Below, piece after piece: positions 50,006-62,013 of a stretch of DNA of 64,000 nucleotides. A program made the position numbers and the translations under genes. The notes beneath the pieces were generated by a model, which was not told where the DNA came from, ran no database searches, and worked only from the letters and a program-made list of their open reading frames with translations. Source of the stretch: Bilabrum cf. latius (lineage: Eukaryota). The DNA lies in NCBI GenBank assembly GCA_965178125.1, contig OZ237742.1, forward strand, positions 744,001-808,000, in the 5' to 3' direction. How positions within the stretch are numbered: position 1 is the first letter of the stretch; each line of letters starts with the position of its first letter.

Positions 50006-52432
50006 ATGCAACGAAAGCGCCAGTCGAAGTAGCCAGCAAGCGGAGCTGGCACTAGTGGTGCGAAGCGTTCTGCTGGAGCTGGCCGAGGCAGAGGAGGCAC
50101 TCGGGCAGCCTCGCGTGGACGAGGTGGCCGCAGGGGCAGGCGCGAGGTGCAACCGTAGCCAACTACTACGAATCACTGGCCTCCGGGAGTAGACCCAGAA
50201 GTCATGAACGATAGTCATGCGTACGTATTGCGCGGAATATACGCGTCAGACCCTGTGATTCCACCAGTGCCAACATTCGCGACCAAGCAGGAAGCGGAGA
50301 AGTGGTACGCAGGCGCACGGTTCTGCACCAACCCCATGTACGACACGTGCCAGCACATATTTACCACGGCTTGCGACTGGTAGCAGGTCAAGCAGCTGCT
50401 GCTCCCAGCCCTGGCCCACGCTCGCTCGTAGCAGCCAGCGAGGGCGTTTGCAGGCCCGCGTGCTGGGAACCGGTTTTCCGGCGTGGATCAGGTGCGCGTC
50501 GCGCTTCGCAGCAGGCTGCGCTGCCCTATTCACGAGTGCACGACGGAAGAGTCTACCCTGAATTCCCTCAGGTATCTCTTCTTCCACATGCGGTGCGGCA
50601 TCCTCGTGTGCGTGCGTGGCGGCAAGGTGCAGCTCTTCGCCCCGTTCGTCAACAAAGACTATGAGAACACGTGGGGTGCTAAATTGGAGCTAGAAGGGGG
50701 TCTCACAGTGGACGAATACTACGCCAAGAAGCGCCGGTACGTCCGGGAAGACGTGATGCCCGATAAGAAAAAGTGGTGGGCGAACGGCAACATCATGTGC
50801 AACGTGCAGAGCCCGAACTTCTGGGGCGACAGCTACCTCACTCAGATGAGGCACATGCTTGACACCCTCTGCGCCTCTAGAGACGTCCCGGACTGCGAAT
50901 TCTTTATCAACAAGCGAGATTTCCCCCACCTCAAGAAGCGCGCCACGGAGGCGTACGACTTTTTGCAGGCCAGGGACGACGAGCCCCTCGCCAGGGAACA
51001 CTACGCATCGTACGCTCCCATGGGCTCTTTCTTCGTCTCGCATGAGTTCGCCGACCTGCCTCTGGTCACCACCGAGGACTGGGAGACGGCCACCGGGCTG
51101 GTGTTCCCCCCGGATGGGGCAGACCTCCGCTCCAAAGCCAACCGCGGCAAGCACCAGGTACCGTGGGAAGGGAGACAGCCCACTGCGGTGTTTCGAGGGA
51201 ACAGTACGGGGCCGGGCACCACGCCCGCCACCAACCAGCGCCTGCACCTCGCACTGGTGTCCCACAGGTGGGCGCAGGACCCCTCCAAGATGGATGGGAA
51301 GGCGAATGCAGTGGATGGCAAGCGGTACTTGGACGCTGGCGTGGTCAAGTGGAACGTGAGAGACCGGAAGTAGCAGGGCCAGCCCATGACGTACATCAAG
51401 CCGGACCGGCTGGGCTTCGGGCTGGTCCCCCGGATCCCCATGTACGAACAGGTAAGGTACAAGTACCACATCTACGTGGATGGCCACTGCGCCGCGAACC
51501 GGTACGCCTCCATGATGCCACTGGGCGCGGTGATTCTCAAGGTCGCCTCCATCACGAAGGCAGACCACATCTGGTACTTTCCGCTCCTTGTTCCCTACGA
51601 CATCAAGGCGGGGGGACCTTTCAACGCGGACCACGTCCCGGTGGCCGCCGACCTCAGCGACCTAGAGGAGGTGCTCACCTGGTGCAAGACCCATGATGAC
51701 GAGTGCCAGGCCATCGCCAAGAATGCGGGTGCCTTTTACGACCGGCTGGTCTCCAAGGAGGGCCTGCTGGACTACCTGGAGCTGCTCGCCCACGAGGTGG
51801 CGGGGAGGCACCAGGACCATGCTGCGGTTAGGGCGCGGCTGAGCGTCCCGCCGAGCACCGGAGCAGGTGCTCGAAGAATAGGAGCAGGTGCGAGCAGCGC
51901 CGCCAGCGGTAGCAGTGGGGCTGCGATGGACGACGAGGATGGCGAGGACGAGGACTCGTGGGGGGACGGTGGCGTGGGCAAGGAGCCCGTCCGGTCGACT
52001 GCGCTGGCCGGCTCTGTGCTAGGGGACGGGGGCTCTGACTGGGCGCCGAGCGATTCCTTCGATTGGTTTGGGGCGAGCAGCCCGACGTACGTTGACGCCA
52101 AGGTTGGCAGGTCGGCTGCGAAGCTTCCTCGGTTTGTGCGACCCGGGATCGGAGCAGGTACTCGGGCAAGAGCGAGCAACGCAGGGGGGGGGCGAGCGGG
52201 TGGCGCAGGAGCCTCTGCCAGTGGAAGTGCGCCATAGCCGGCTGTAAAGCGCGGTGGTAGCAGCTTGGTGCAGCAAGCGCAGGCAGCGAGGCAGAAGCAC
52301 TTGGAGCAGCTGCGGCAGCGGCTGCTCGCACGGAAAGCCAAGGGCGGAGCGCAGGGAGGCAGCAGCGGGACTCCAGTCATCAAGATGAAAATCAGCATGG
52401 CGGGTGTGAAGAGACCAAGACCGGGCCGATGA
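50006..52432 (+). CDS. Glycosyltransferase family 90 (CAP10/POGLUT-like)
   Basis: DCEFFINKRDFP, AVFRGNSTG, YKYHIYVDGH, DLSDLEE, AIAKNA; TAG at 50030, 50156, 50381, 50429, 51371, 52235; ends TGA. Confidence 0.88.
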
Positions 52433-53307
52433 TGCTTGATTTGCTTGGCACGATAAAATTCGTTTAAAGGTAGTGTCGTATCTAGTAGTTCACACGCACT
52501 TTGCAATATGCAGCCCGCAAAGCCCCGCGACGGTCGCCCCAGCACGATTCACAGTGATTTCCCACTGAATGTAGCTGATATGAAGGGGCGGGCGGATTGG
52601 CGAATCTCTGGTGTTGTAGTGGCAGCTTGGTGCATTGCCACCCGAATCACCCGTCCTCTCTTCCAGCGGGGCACACGCGGTTGGGATCGTCCTCATCCCA
52701 CGACAAGATCATATAAATAAAGGCTTCGCTGGACAATAATTCTTCTCGGAGGGCTCATGACCACCGTCAGGACGTCTCGAGCGCGCTGGCGCTCTGGCAG
52801 GCCTGCGCTGAGAAATCGCGGATCACCTCCAGTACTCTCTACCTGCATGCCTACATCTTCCCGCCCATCCATAAATCTCGGATAGCATCATCTTCAGAAC
52901 GAATCAATTGATTTGATTGTTTCTCTGCAAGTAGTCTATCATCCCTCCTTGCCGCAGAACTGCTGTTCTTCTCGACGACGCGTGCTTCCGATGGTGCCAC
53001 CAGCTAGGCTGAACAAGCCTGCACCATTGAGATCGGTATAGGCGGCTACGTTGAACTACAGCTTGGCTTAATTGGCTTGGTCAGGGCCCCCTAGCTGTTT
53101 CTCTTCGGTTAATTCCGTGTGGCTCGCCCAATTTTGACCCCTTGGCCTTGGGTGATACCGGCGTTGCAGGTCGCCGCGCAATTCAGGCCATGGTTCCGCA
53201 CTGGACAGCATCCAAGAGCCACCATGAGCATTTCCTTCGAGTAGTTCATGGTACGGCTAGTTAATTGAATTGAAAACGCCTTGTTTGTAGAGGCTACATC
53301 CAGTTAG

Positions 53308-56300
53308 ATGCGCAGGTACGCTTCAGCCATTCGACTTGCGGATCTGCAGGCCCTCTGGCATCCCAAACGCCCTGTGAATTTCCACGGTCGGTGGAAATCA
53401 GTATTGCTTCAGTGTAGTGATACAGGCAAGATTCGAAATGTCGGCGCGCCAGGCGATTTCGAGCTGCCGGAAAGGAAGCTGTGGTACTGCTGTGGTCCGA
53501 CCGTGTACGATCAATGCCATCTTGGCCATGCAAGAACGTACATTTCGATCGATATTCTGCGAAGAATTCTCAGGATTTGGGGAAAAACCCCAACCACCTT
53601 CGTGATGGGCGTCACCGATGTAGATGACAAAATCATCGCACAAGCAAAGCAAGCCGGTCGTGACAGCCAACCCCTAGCTCGCCGTGCCCTGCAGCACGCG
53701 AGGCGATGGGAAGCGCATTTTTTCCGATCGCTTGCGCAGCTAGGCTGCATACCACCGCACGGAGTGTCTAGAGTGTCTGAGCACATGCCCGAGATACAGA
53801 GCGTGATCGCCGGTGTGCTCGGCAATGGTGATGGGTACTGCGGCCGCAAGCACGGCGAGCAAGAAAGCAACTCCTCCGAGTCCGCAGGAAAGGGCCAAGA
53901 AGGGCGCACGGGTGCCCAGCAAGGCGCATGGTTCAGCGTTGGCGCGCTTGAGGGCAGGGGGGGGCGGTACCACGGCTGGGGCGGGGGGCTGGGCGGGGTG
54001 GCAGGAAGCAGGGGGGAGATTGGCACGGATGCTCAGCGGGACCCAAGCAACCAGGACGAACTATAGACATAGCGGTAGCATGACACGGGCACTGAGTGTG
54101 GGACCGATGCAGACTCGGAATCATCCAGAGATTTCGCCCTGTGGAAACGGAGGGACGCGCCGCCCAACGCGCCGCCCACCCCCACCCCCACCCCCACCCC
54201 CACCCCCACGCGTGCAGCGGACGGAGACGGCTCTCGGGCCGCCTCTGGCCCAGATGTATCCGTTGAGCCGTGGTGGCCCGCTCCGGAGCCGATGGGCCCG
54301 GGTCGCCCCGGCTGGCACACGGAATGCGTGGCGAACGTTAGGGTGGCGGCGGGCCAAGGAACACAGGCTCAGGGAACAAGAGACGCGCCTCGGTAGCAGC
54401 CTGTTCTCTGGATCCACAGCGGGGGATCCGACCTAGCTTTTCCGCACCACTGCAACGAGACGGCCCAGGCAGACTCGCTGGATTCGGGGGCTGGCGGGGT
54501 GCCGCCCGCAGCCCCCTGGGTGCATTGCTGGCACCACCCGGGCCCTCTGAGGGTGAGCGCGCGGGCGGGGGAATCCGGGGTGAAGATGAGCAAGAGCCTG
54601 GGGAACTGGGTGGGCGTGGGGGACCTTTTGGATTCCGAGTCCAGGCTGTGGGAGGGCGGCATGCCGGGCGAGGACGAGGGCGGCAAGGGGGCCTGGAGGT
54701 CAGCGAGGGGTGCGCTGATCGACATGGCGCAGCGCCGAGGCGGAGGCGGAGGTGGATATCTCGCCTCCTCTGACTCACCATCTTCGTCTTCGAACTTGCG
54801 CCCGAACGCCTCGCCACACGAGGTCTCTTCAAATGAACCCGGGAGAGACAGGCAAGGAATGGACGATCGGCGCCCGGGCCTGTTCGGTGCCTTGGCAGCC
54901 GACGCCTTCCGCTGCCTGGTGATGTCTGTTCCCTACGACAAGCCCATGCTGCTGTCGGGCAGGTCCATGGAAGGCGCGGCCAGCAGGATGCGCGGCTGGG
55001 ACAAGCAGCTGGGTATGTTCCGCAAATGCGCGGCGCTAGCGTGGACCGTGAGCTAGGCACCACCCCTGATGGGGGAGCTTTGGGACTCCGTAGGCGGTAG
55101 TGTGACGAGTGAGGAGCATGGCGGTGCGTGGCCTGTGCATCGGGCCTCCCAGTGGCTGCGATCTGCGTCGCCTTGTGTGACGAGCGATGCCGACGGGGCA
55201 CACGACGTGGAGGGCCGCAGGGCACAGGATACCAACTAGAAGGGTTAGGGCGAGCATGCCGACGGAAACGGCACCGATGCAGCTGCAGCTGCTGCTGGTG
55301 GTGAAGTCGAAGGGCCTGGAACGATGGAATTGGAGCAGGCAAGACGAGATGCCAGCGGCGGCTGCGACCGGGGCCTCGAGCACCTGCTCCGGCTGACCGA
55401 GCACGAGATTGATGCGGCGCTGAGGAATGGCGCGGACTGCCCCAGGTGCCTCCGTGCCATCGACGGCATCATAGGTGTGACGAGTGCATACCTTCGGGCG
55501 AGGGGCTCCGGTGGGGCGCCTGGAGAAGGGCGGGAATCCCGAGCGATGGCCGAGGTGCGAGCAGCTGCTCGAACGAGCAAGCACGGGTCCGGGGGTTTCG
55601 CTGGACCATCGGGAGCTGGTCAGCACGAATCTTCATCTTCATTTTCATCTTCGTCCATGCCGGAAGTATCGTGGTACGACGCGCCGCCAGTGGGCGCGCG
55701 GGGCCCCAACCCGCTGGTTCTGTGGCAGGTGATCGAGCTCCTGGAGCAGGTGCTCGGAGACCTCGGATTTCAGACGATCGGTCGCAAGGCAGCGGCGGGG
55801 TGGGGCGCTGCCTACGGTTGGGAAGAGTCCGAATTGGCCGGTGGGGGAGCGGGCCTCTGGACCGGGGACCATCCTTGGGGTGACGCTGCGGGACCAGGTG
55901 CCGGCGGGGATGCGGGCGCGATGGTGGCAAGTGGCTCGGTCTCGGTCTCAGGATCCTCTGGAGCTGCTGCAGGCGCGGTAGGTGGAGCCTCGTGGGCCTT
56001 TCGGGCCGCGGTGCGCGGCGCTGCCGTGAGGGGCGTGCGGGCTGCCGGCAAGGGCGCCAAGCAGGCGAACAAGGCCATCAAGGCTACGGGAGGAGGCGAA
56101 GGCGGAGGAGGAGGAGGAGGTGCTGGCAAGGACCAGGGGGGCCAGCGGGACACGGTTAGCCTTGCAAGTCTGCGCGATGCTGCCAGTGCACTCCGCGAAG
56201 CAAGTGCGTCGCTCGATGCCGTGCTCGCAGCATGCGATTCGGCAAGGGCTTGGGGCGCTCCGTCGGGCCCGGGCGCAAGTGGGGGCGAGCATTCCAATGC

Positions 56301-56523
56301 TCCGGGCGTGCTGCCGAGCGACCTCCGCGGCCTGGTGGGCGACGAGCCACTGAGTGGTGAGCACGAGACCGCGCGTCATGCTGCCGTTGCTGCCGCCCGC
56401 GCGGCAGCTTCCAAGCTCCGGACAGCGTCGATGGGTCTGAGCCCAGCAGCAGAGGCGGCTGCCGACGCAGCCGAGGCAAGCGCAGAGGCTCTCGAGCACG
56501 ACTTGGTCGGTTCAAGGCAGTGA
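53308..56523 (+). CDS. CARS2: Cysteinyl-tRNA synthetase (probably mitochondrial type) with large insertions
   Basis: [56 protein letters not shown] in one frame through 7 TAGs; ends TGA. Confidence 0.88.
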
Positions 56524-56567
56524 CAAGAATTCGATCGCTTTGATGTAAGGTGTGAGCTTCTGGTTCG

Positions 56568-58137
56568 ATGCCGCTGCTACATGAATTGAACAGGAAGCGG
56601 TCATTGGTTGCTGCCGCCTTCATCACTGTGTTTGCGCTCTGGATCCGGACACGTTTGCTTGGACCCTACCTGCAGCGAACGGCAGTGGCTGGAGGTTTCA
56701 ACCTGGTCGTGTTCACCGGGACTTCATGGGACGCCGCGCTTGCGTCCGCCCGATCGGAGCTGGACGGCATCGCGGGCAACGTGGCGCTCAACAGAGAGGT
56801 GCGCTGGTTCAAGTTCGGGGCGAGAGTGTGCCCGATCCTACCACCCAGTCCTGCAGTCCAACCAAGTGGTTAACCTTTGCGCCAAAATGTTCATCGACGC
56901 GAGCTACGAGGGCGACCTGGCGGCGGCCGCGGGCGCTGACCTGGCATTCGGCCGTGAGGGGCAGTCCGCTTTCGGGGAGGACATGGCGGGGATGCTGAGC
57001 GATCAGCTCGAGTCCACGTACGGCAACCCAAGCAACCAGTTCCACAAACCGATCAACGGTACCAGCCCGGACGGCAGCACGCTACCGCTGCTGTACGAGG
57101 GTCCGCTCTCCTCACCGGGCGACGCCGACAACCACACGATGGCCTACAACTATCGCATGTGCCTAGCGCGAAAATCGGCGGGCAAATCGATCCCCCTTCC
57201 ACTGCCGCCGGGTGGCTACGACCCGGCCCGTTGGGAGCTCCTGCGGCGATACATCGCCACGCTGGACCCGAGCGCCGCCGACCAGCTGTCATCCTACATC
57301 CGGGTGCAGTGGCTGGACCCCACGGCCCCTGACAAGTCTGACGTGAACAACAACGGGCCGATCACGACCGATTTTTCGCAGGGCAGCTGGGACTATCCCG
57401 CCTTCAACTGGACCCGCCGCCGGGAAATCATCCGTGCTCACATCGACTACACTGCGGGCCTGCTGCACTTTCTGTCCCAGGACCCAGCAGTGCCGGGGGC
57501 CGTGAAGGCGGCCATGGCGGGGCTAGGGCTGCCGATGGACGAGTTCCAGGACGACTCGGAGACGGGGATCAAGGGGTGGCCCTACCAGCTGTACGTGCGG
57601 GAGGCGAACCGCCTGCAGGGGCAGTACATTTTCGTGCAGATGGACAGGTCGGATCCCTCTCGGTTTAAGAAAAACTCGACCATCGGCTGCGTCTCCTACA
57701 ACATCGACGTGCACCACGGGGTCAGGTACATTCGCAAGGATAGCTAGGGCGTGCTAGGGAACACAGGCAATGACGGTGCGCCGCCCACCGTTTGGAACGA
57801 GGGCAACTTCGACCGCTGGCACGAGCTAGGCCCCGCGGACATCCCTTACGAGATCCTTGTTCCTCGAGACGACGGGGAGCAGCCGAGCAATCTTCTGGTG
57901 CCGGTCTCGCCAAGCTCCACCCACGTGGGCCTCGGGTGCCTACGGCTGGAGCCGCAGTACATGATCATGGGGCAGGCGTCTGGTACAGCGGCGGTGCTCG
58001 CTTTGGACGAGGCGGCCAGGCTGCAGAACTAGCAGCCTCGTGGCGGTGTCACCAGTGTCGTGGTGCCGGTGCAGAGGATCAACATCACGGAGCTGCAGGA
58101 GCGGCTGGTGTCGCACGGTCAGATTATTCACTTCTGA
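56568..58137 (+). CDS. FAD-dependent oxidoreductase family protein, apparently lacking its N-terminal part
   Basis: AKMFIDASYEGDL, GREG, MAYNYRMC, QLYVRE, IPYEILVP, LRLEPQYMIMGQASG; TAG at 57745 and 58030; TGA at 58135. The 5' structure (possible intron 56799-56856) is tentative. Confidence 0.7.
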
Positions 58138-58223
58138 TTGTTTGTGGGGCTCTGCCAGATCGCGCAATGTGACTGCATCTCGGATATATCATAACTTTTA
58201 TCGGTTCATCGTTTGGAGTTGCG

Positions 58224-58962
58224 TCAAGAGCCGGACTTCGGGCCGCTGCCTCCCGCGCTAGGGTCGCGCTGCGTTGGGGTGCGGCCCGTGGCAGCGACAA
58301 ACAACTCAGAGAATTTGACCTCGGCACACCTCTCCCGAATGGCTTTGAAAGCGGTGGAGTTCATTTCTGCTCCGCCTGACGCAAGAAAGCCCACCTCCTG
58401 AGCTGTAGTCATAGGCAGCTGCCTGCTCGCACTCGCGGCACGCTTGCGCTCCTCCTCGTCTTTAATCTCTTTCAAATGCCTCTGAGCTATCATTCTGGCT
58501 TCCTACGACAATGGATGGCCTATTTTCTAAGTTACGGCGTGATCTGTGTGTACAAGAGGTGGGGCTGAAGAGGTCATGCAGGTACACAACACAACTCATG
58601 GGATGATGGGTGGAGGTGGGAAACCACCGCCACTCTGTGTACTACTAGTAGTAAACATCAGACGACTAGAATGCAGGTACACCGGCAGTGGCCAAGTCTG
58701 TTGGCAACTCCAGAGAGGGGCAGAAGGTATTCGCTCACATCTGGATGGGTCCACGGCAAAGTCTTGGGGCACTTCTTTCGACATTGCGAGCATTTCCTTG
58801 TGAATCGTATCTCTCCACGTTTTGACTTTGGTCAGCTGCGGTGTGGGGCAATTCGGAAGCGTTGCACGTTGTGCTGGTAGGCTGCCATACCATATCCAGA
58901 TCGCTGTGCGGTATCCTTACTTCTGAAAGCTACTGCGCCTGGGCGGTCTTTTTGTCGGCCAT
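58224..58962 (-). CDS. FAM183/CFAP144-like small ciliary protein; exons 58962-58921, 58835-58739, 58543-58224
   Basis: Spliced MADKKTAQAQ*LSELTKVKTWRDTIHKE...VDPSRYHAVT*K...PMTTAQEVGF; TAG at 58930, 58527, 58503; ends TGA. Confidence 0.65.
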
Positions 58963-59126
58963 TTCTTGTGAGGGAGAAATAGAGCACGCTGGCGCGAGAT
59001 GCGAGCACAGCGGCGCCGCGCACGATACCGCCGGCGGAACACGGCTCTAGACTATATGTGCGATTCTATCCGCAACAACAAAGGCGAGCAATGAATAAGC
59101 ACAATCATGTACGATGCAACCAACAA

Positions 59127-60965
59127 TCATAATGCACCGGCAGTATCCGAGAGCTTACGGTGGCCACCTTGGTTGACCTGACCGGTGAGCAGACCCAGAG
59201 CCGCATCATTCTCCTCTGCCGCAACTCCGCCAATAGGCGCACTGTACTGGCCGGAACCGGAAGCCCCACCGCCGCCGCCCGAACTCGACCCTGGTCCCGT
59301 CAGCTGCATCTCAATATCCCCGGCACCCACCCCGCGCCCACCGCCGCCGCCGTGCACCTCCGCCACCCCGCCCCCCTGCCCGTGCGCCGCATCCAACAGC
59401 GCCCCCTCCTCCGTGTAACCCCAGCACATGAACGCACCCATGGCAGACTGCTCAGTGCTCACATACGGAGCAGCCGCCTGCTACCGAACACCGAGCATGT
59501 GCTGTTCCCCAAACCGGACGTCCATCGGGTGCACCATGGCACGCAGGGCAGCAACGCGGCGCCGATTGCCGCCCGGCGGCAGCGCCGACTCGGCGTCCGC
59601 TATCGTTCCAAGGCGTGTTCCCTGCACCGCACTCAGCCCAGTAGTCGTGGGATCGGGCCTGCCAGCGGCACGCACCGCAGCCGCCATCTGCTCCGTAACG
59701 GGGTGCCCCGGGTGCTCCACGCATGCCTTGTGCGCGTAGTACGCGTCCTCCCTGTCCACGAGCAGCAGGAACTGTTCCCTGAGCTGCCAGTAGGACACCA
59801 GCAGGATGACGATTGCAAACAGGAGAACCACCACGAAGGCCGTGACGGCCCTCCGGACCGCCTTGCCGCCCTCCTCCTGCTCCTCCTCGGTGAGGCCGTG
59901 CATGGCGAGCAGAGGGGCCAAGAAGGCGACGAAATCGAACGTTCCGTGGATGAGCACCGCGGGCCAGATGGCCTGCACCGCGACGCAGGACCGCTGCTCG
60001 CCCCCGCTGGCGGTCTCCAGGTCGAACAGCGACAGCCGGGTGGCCGTGAATGCGGTTGCAACCACGTGGAGCGGCGTCGACAGGAGCGCCCGCTGCAGGG
60101 CGACAAACAGCTTGACACCCATGCTGGGCAAGGGCGCAATCAGCACGTACCCGAAATTTTCAATCGTTGAGAATCCCACGGCGGACGCGAGCAGCAGGGC
60201 GAAGGTGGCCCTGGTGTGACGAGGACGAGGCTGTACGCAGCACGCGCTGCCGTCGGGAAGGCACTGCCAGCGCACGATGCAGGTCTTGAAGGCCTCCTCT
60301 ACCAGAGCTGCCGTAATAAACGCGGTGCAGAGCAGAAATACGATGCCACCGAACGACAGCGAACCTTCCTGGAGCGAATTCAGGCCGGTGGGGTCAGCGT
60401 CGGCATCGTCGGTTTCGGACGATGACTTGCCCTCCTCGGCCTCCTTGGCTTCTTCTTCCGCCTCATCGATGGCAGCTCGAAGCTCTTTTTGCATGAACAT
60501 GGCTATGAATATCAGGGTAAGCACGAGTTCCAGGATGATGGAACAGATCGCGGCGCTGCAAAACCCTCCACCGAGCATCCGAACCATGTGATCATCGAGA
60601 CCCTTGTCCGCGAGCAAAGGCGATCGGCGCAGGAACTGAATGTAGCAGCAATACATGATTCCAGCTGGCAACGCAAACAGCAACCCAGCGGCTAACAGGT
60701 TGTCCAGGGGATCCCAAAGAAAAGCAATCCCTGCGGTGATAGCTATCAACACCAGCAGAACGACCGAGCAGGTAGACACTCTGCACCCTAGCTTGAATAG
60801 GTTGCTATATGACAGGCCATGGATATCATGTGCAAGGGTCTGCTCGACTTGCGGCTCTACTTGATGTACTGGCGTGCCAACATGGACCGCGACCTGAATT
60901 TCCGGAGCACCTGTGGCATTCTCAGCCGGATTATCTGGGCGAATTTGAGCCGATTGCTGGGCCAT
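59127..60965 (-). CDS. PrsW-family (M82) intramembrane metalloprotease
   Basis: Multiple TM segments, ALVEEAFK, GFSTIENFGY, PLH, IHGTFD; TAG at 59481; ends TGA. Confidence 0.85.
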
Positions 60966-61159
60966 TTCAAACCGCAGCTTCACCAGTCGAGTCAGCCACG
61001 TGCGCCTTTGGATGGCGCCTTTCCGCGAACTTTCCTTGGATTCAAAATGACACGCTACCTGTAATGCATTGAACTGCAAAAAATCGTCATTTCGCCCGGG
61101 CTGGTGGTAGAGAAATTGCACCACTCAGACCGCAGGTAGGGCTATCCGGAGAGTTCGAG

Positions 61160-61885
61160 ATGAGTGCGTCCGGTTCCAGTGTTCCTACACCCGATGCTGA
61201 AGGCAAGATTGATGTCACGGCGCTGTCTATCGAGCAGTTGCAGCAGCTCTTGAAGGGATTTCAAGGTGTTAGTTTTCAAACCAGCTTAATTGGACCATAC
61301 CGTTGATCTGGTGCTTCATTTCGAAGCTATATCAATCCACGTTCGTATATGTCTCACTTTTGCTGTCTTTAGTCTCGCAGGACTACTCTAAGTTGTCGCA
61401 AAGCATGGAAGTATTGCAAGCCGCCCTCGAACGATACAGCGATTCCAGAAATGTAGTGTCCCATCTGACTCCGGAAGACGACGGTAAGAATACGCATTCT
61501 CCGAAATCTGCCGGCCGTGCTTGTTGTCTTGATTCTGTTTTGTTGCTTTTCGAGGAGGGGTTGCCAAGGTTGCATTCAACTTGTTTGCGCAGGAAAGGAA
61601 ATGCTTGTGCCCCTCACAAACACGCTGTATGTTCCTGGAAAATTGGTCAAGCCAGACGAATTGCTAGTGGACGTCGGGGCGGGATATTTTGTGCCAAAGT
61701 CCGTGACTGGGGCCACGGAGCTACTGCAGAAGAAGGTAGACATGGTCACGAAGCAGGGCAAGGCCATCCAGGACCAGCTCCGATAGAAGCAGGCGGACAT
61801 CGATGGATTGCAGTCAGTATTGCGGCAGAAGCTCAGGGAGCACGAAGCCGGGGAGGGTGCTGCAGCGGCAGGAGGCAGCTCTTGA
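61160..61885 (+). CDS. PFDN5: Prefoldin subunit 5 (alpha type); exons 61160-61267, 61381-61483, 61593-61885
   Basis: LSIEQLQQL, GKEMLVPLTNTLYVPGKL, LVDVGAGYFV; coiled coil continues through TAG 61784; ends TGA. Confidence 0.92.
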
Positions 61886-62013
61886 CGACGATCCCAGCAT
61901 GAAATCACACAGTGAATTCTGATTTTCATAAGCCGTTATCAACATCGAAAGCACGATTGTGTTCCAACGCGGCCCTGCAATCAGATCAAAAACGAAGCGT
62001 CCAAGCTACACAC

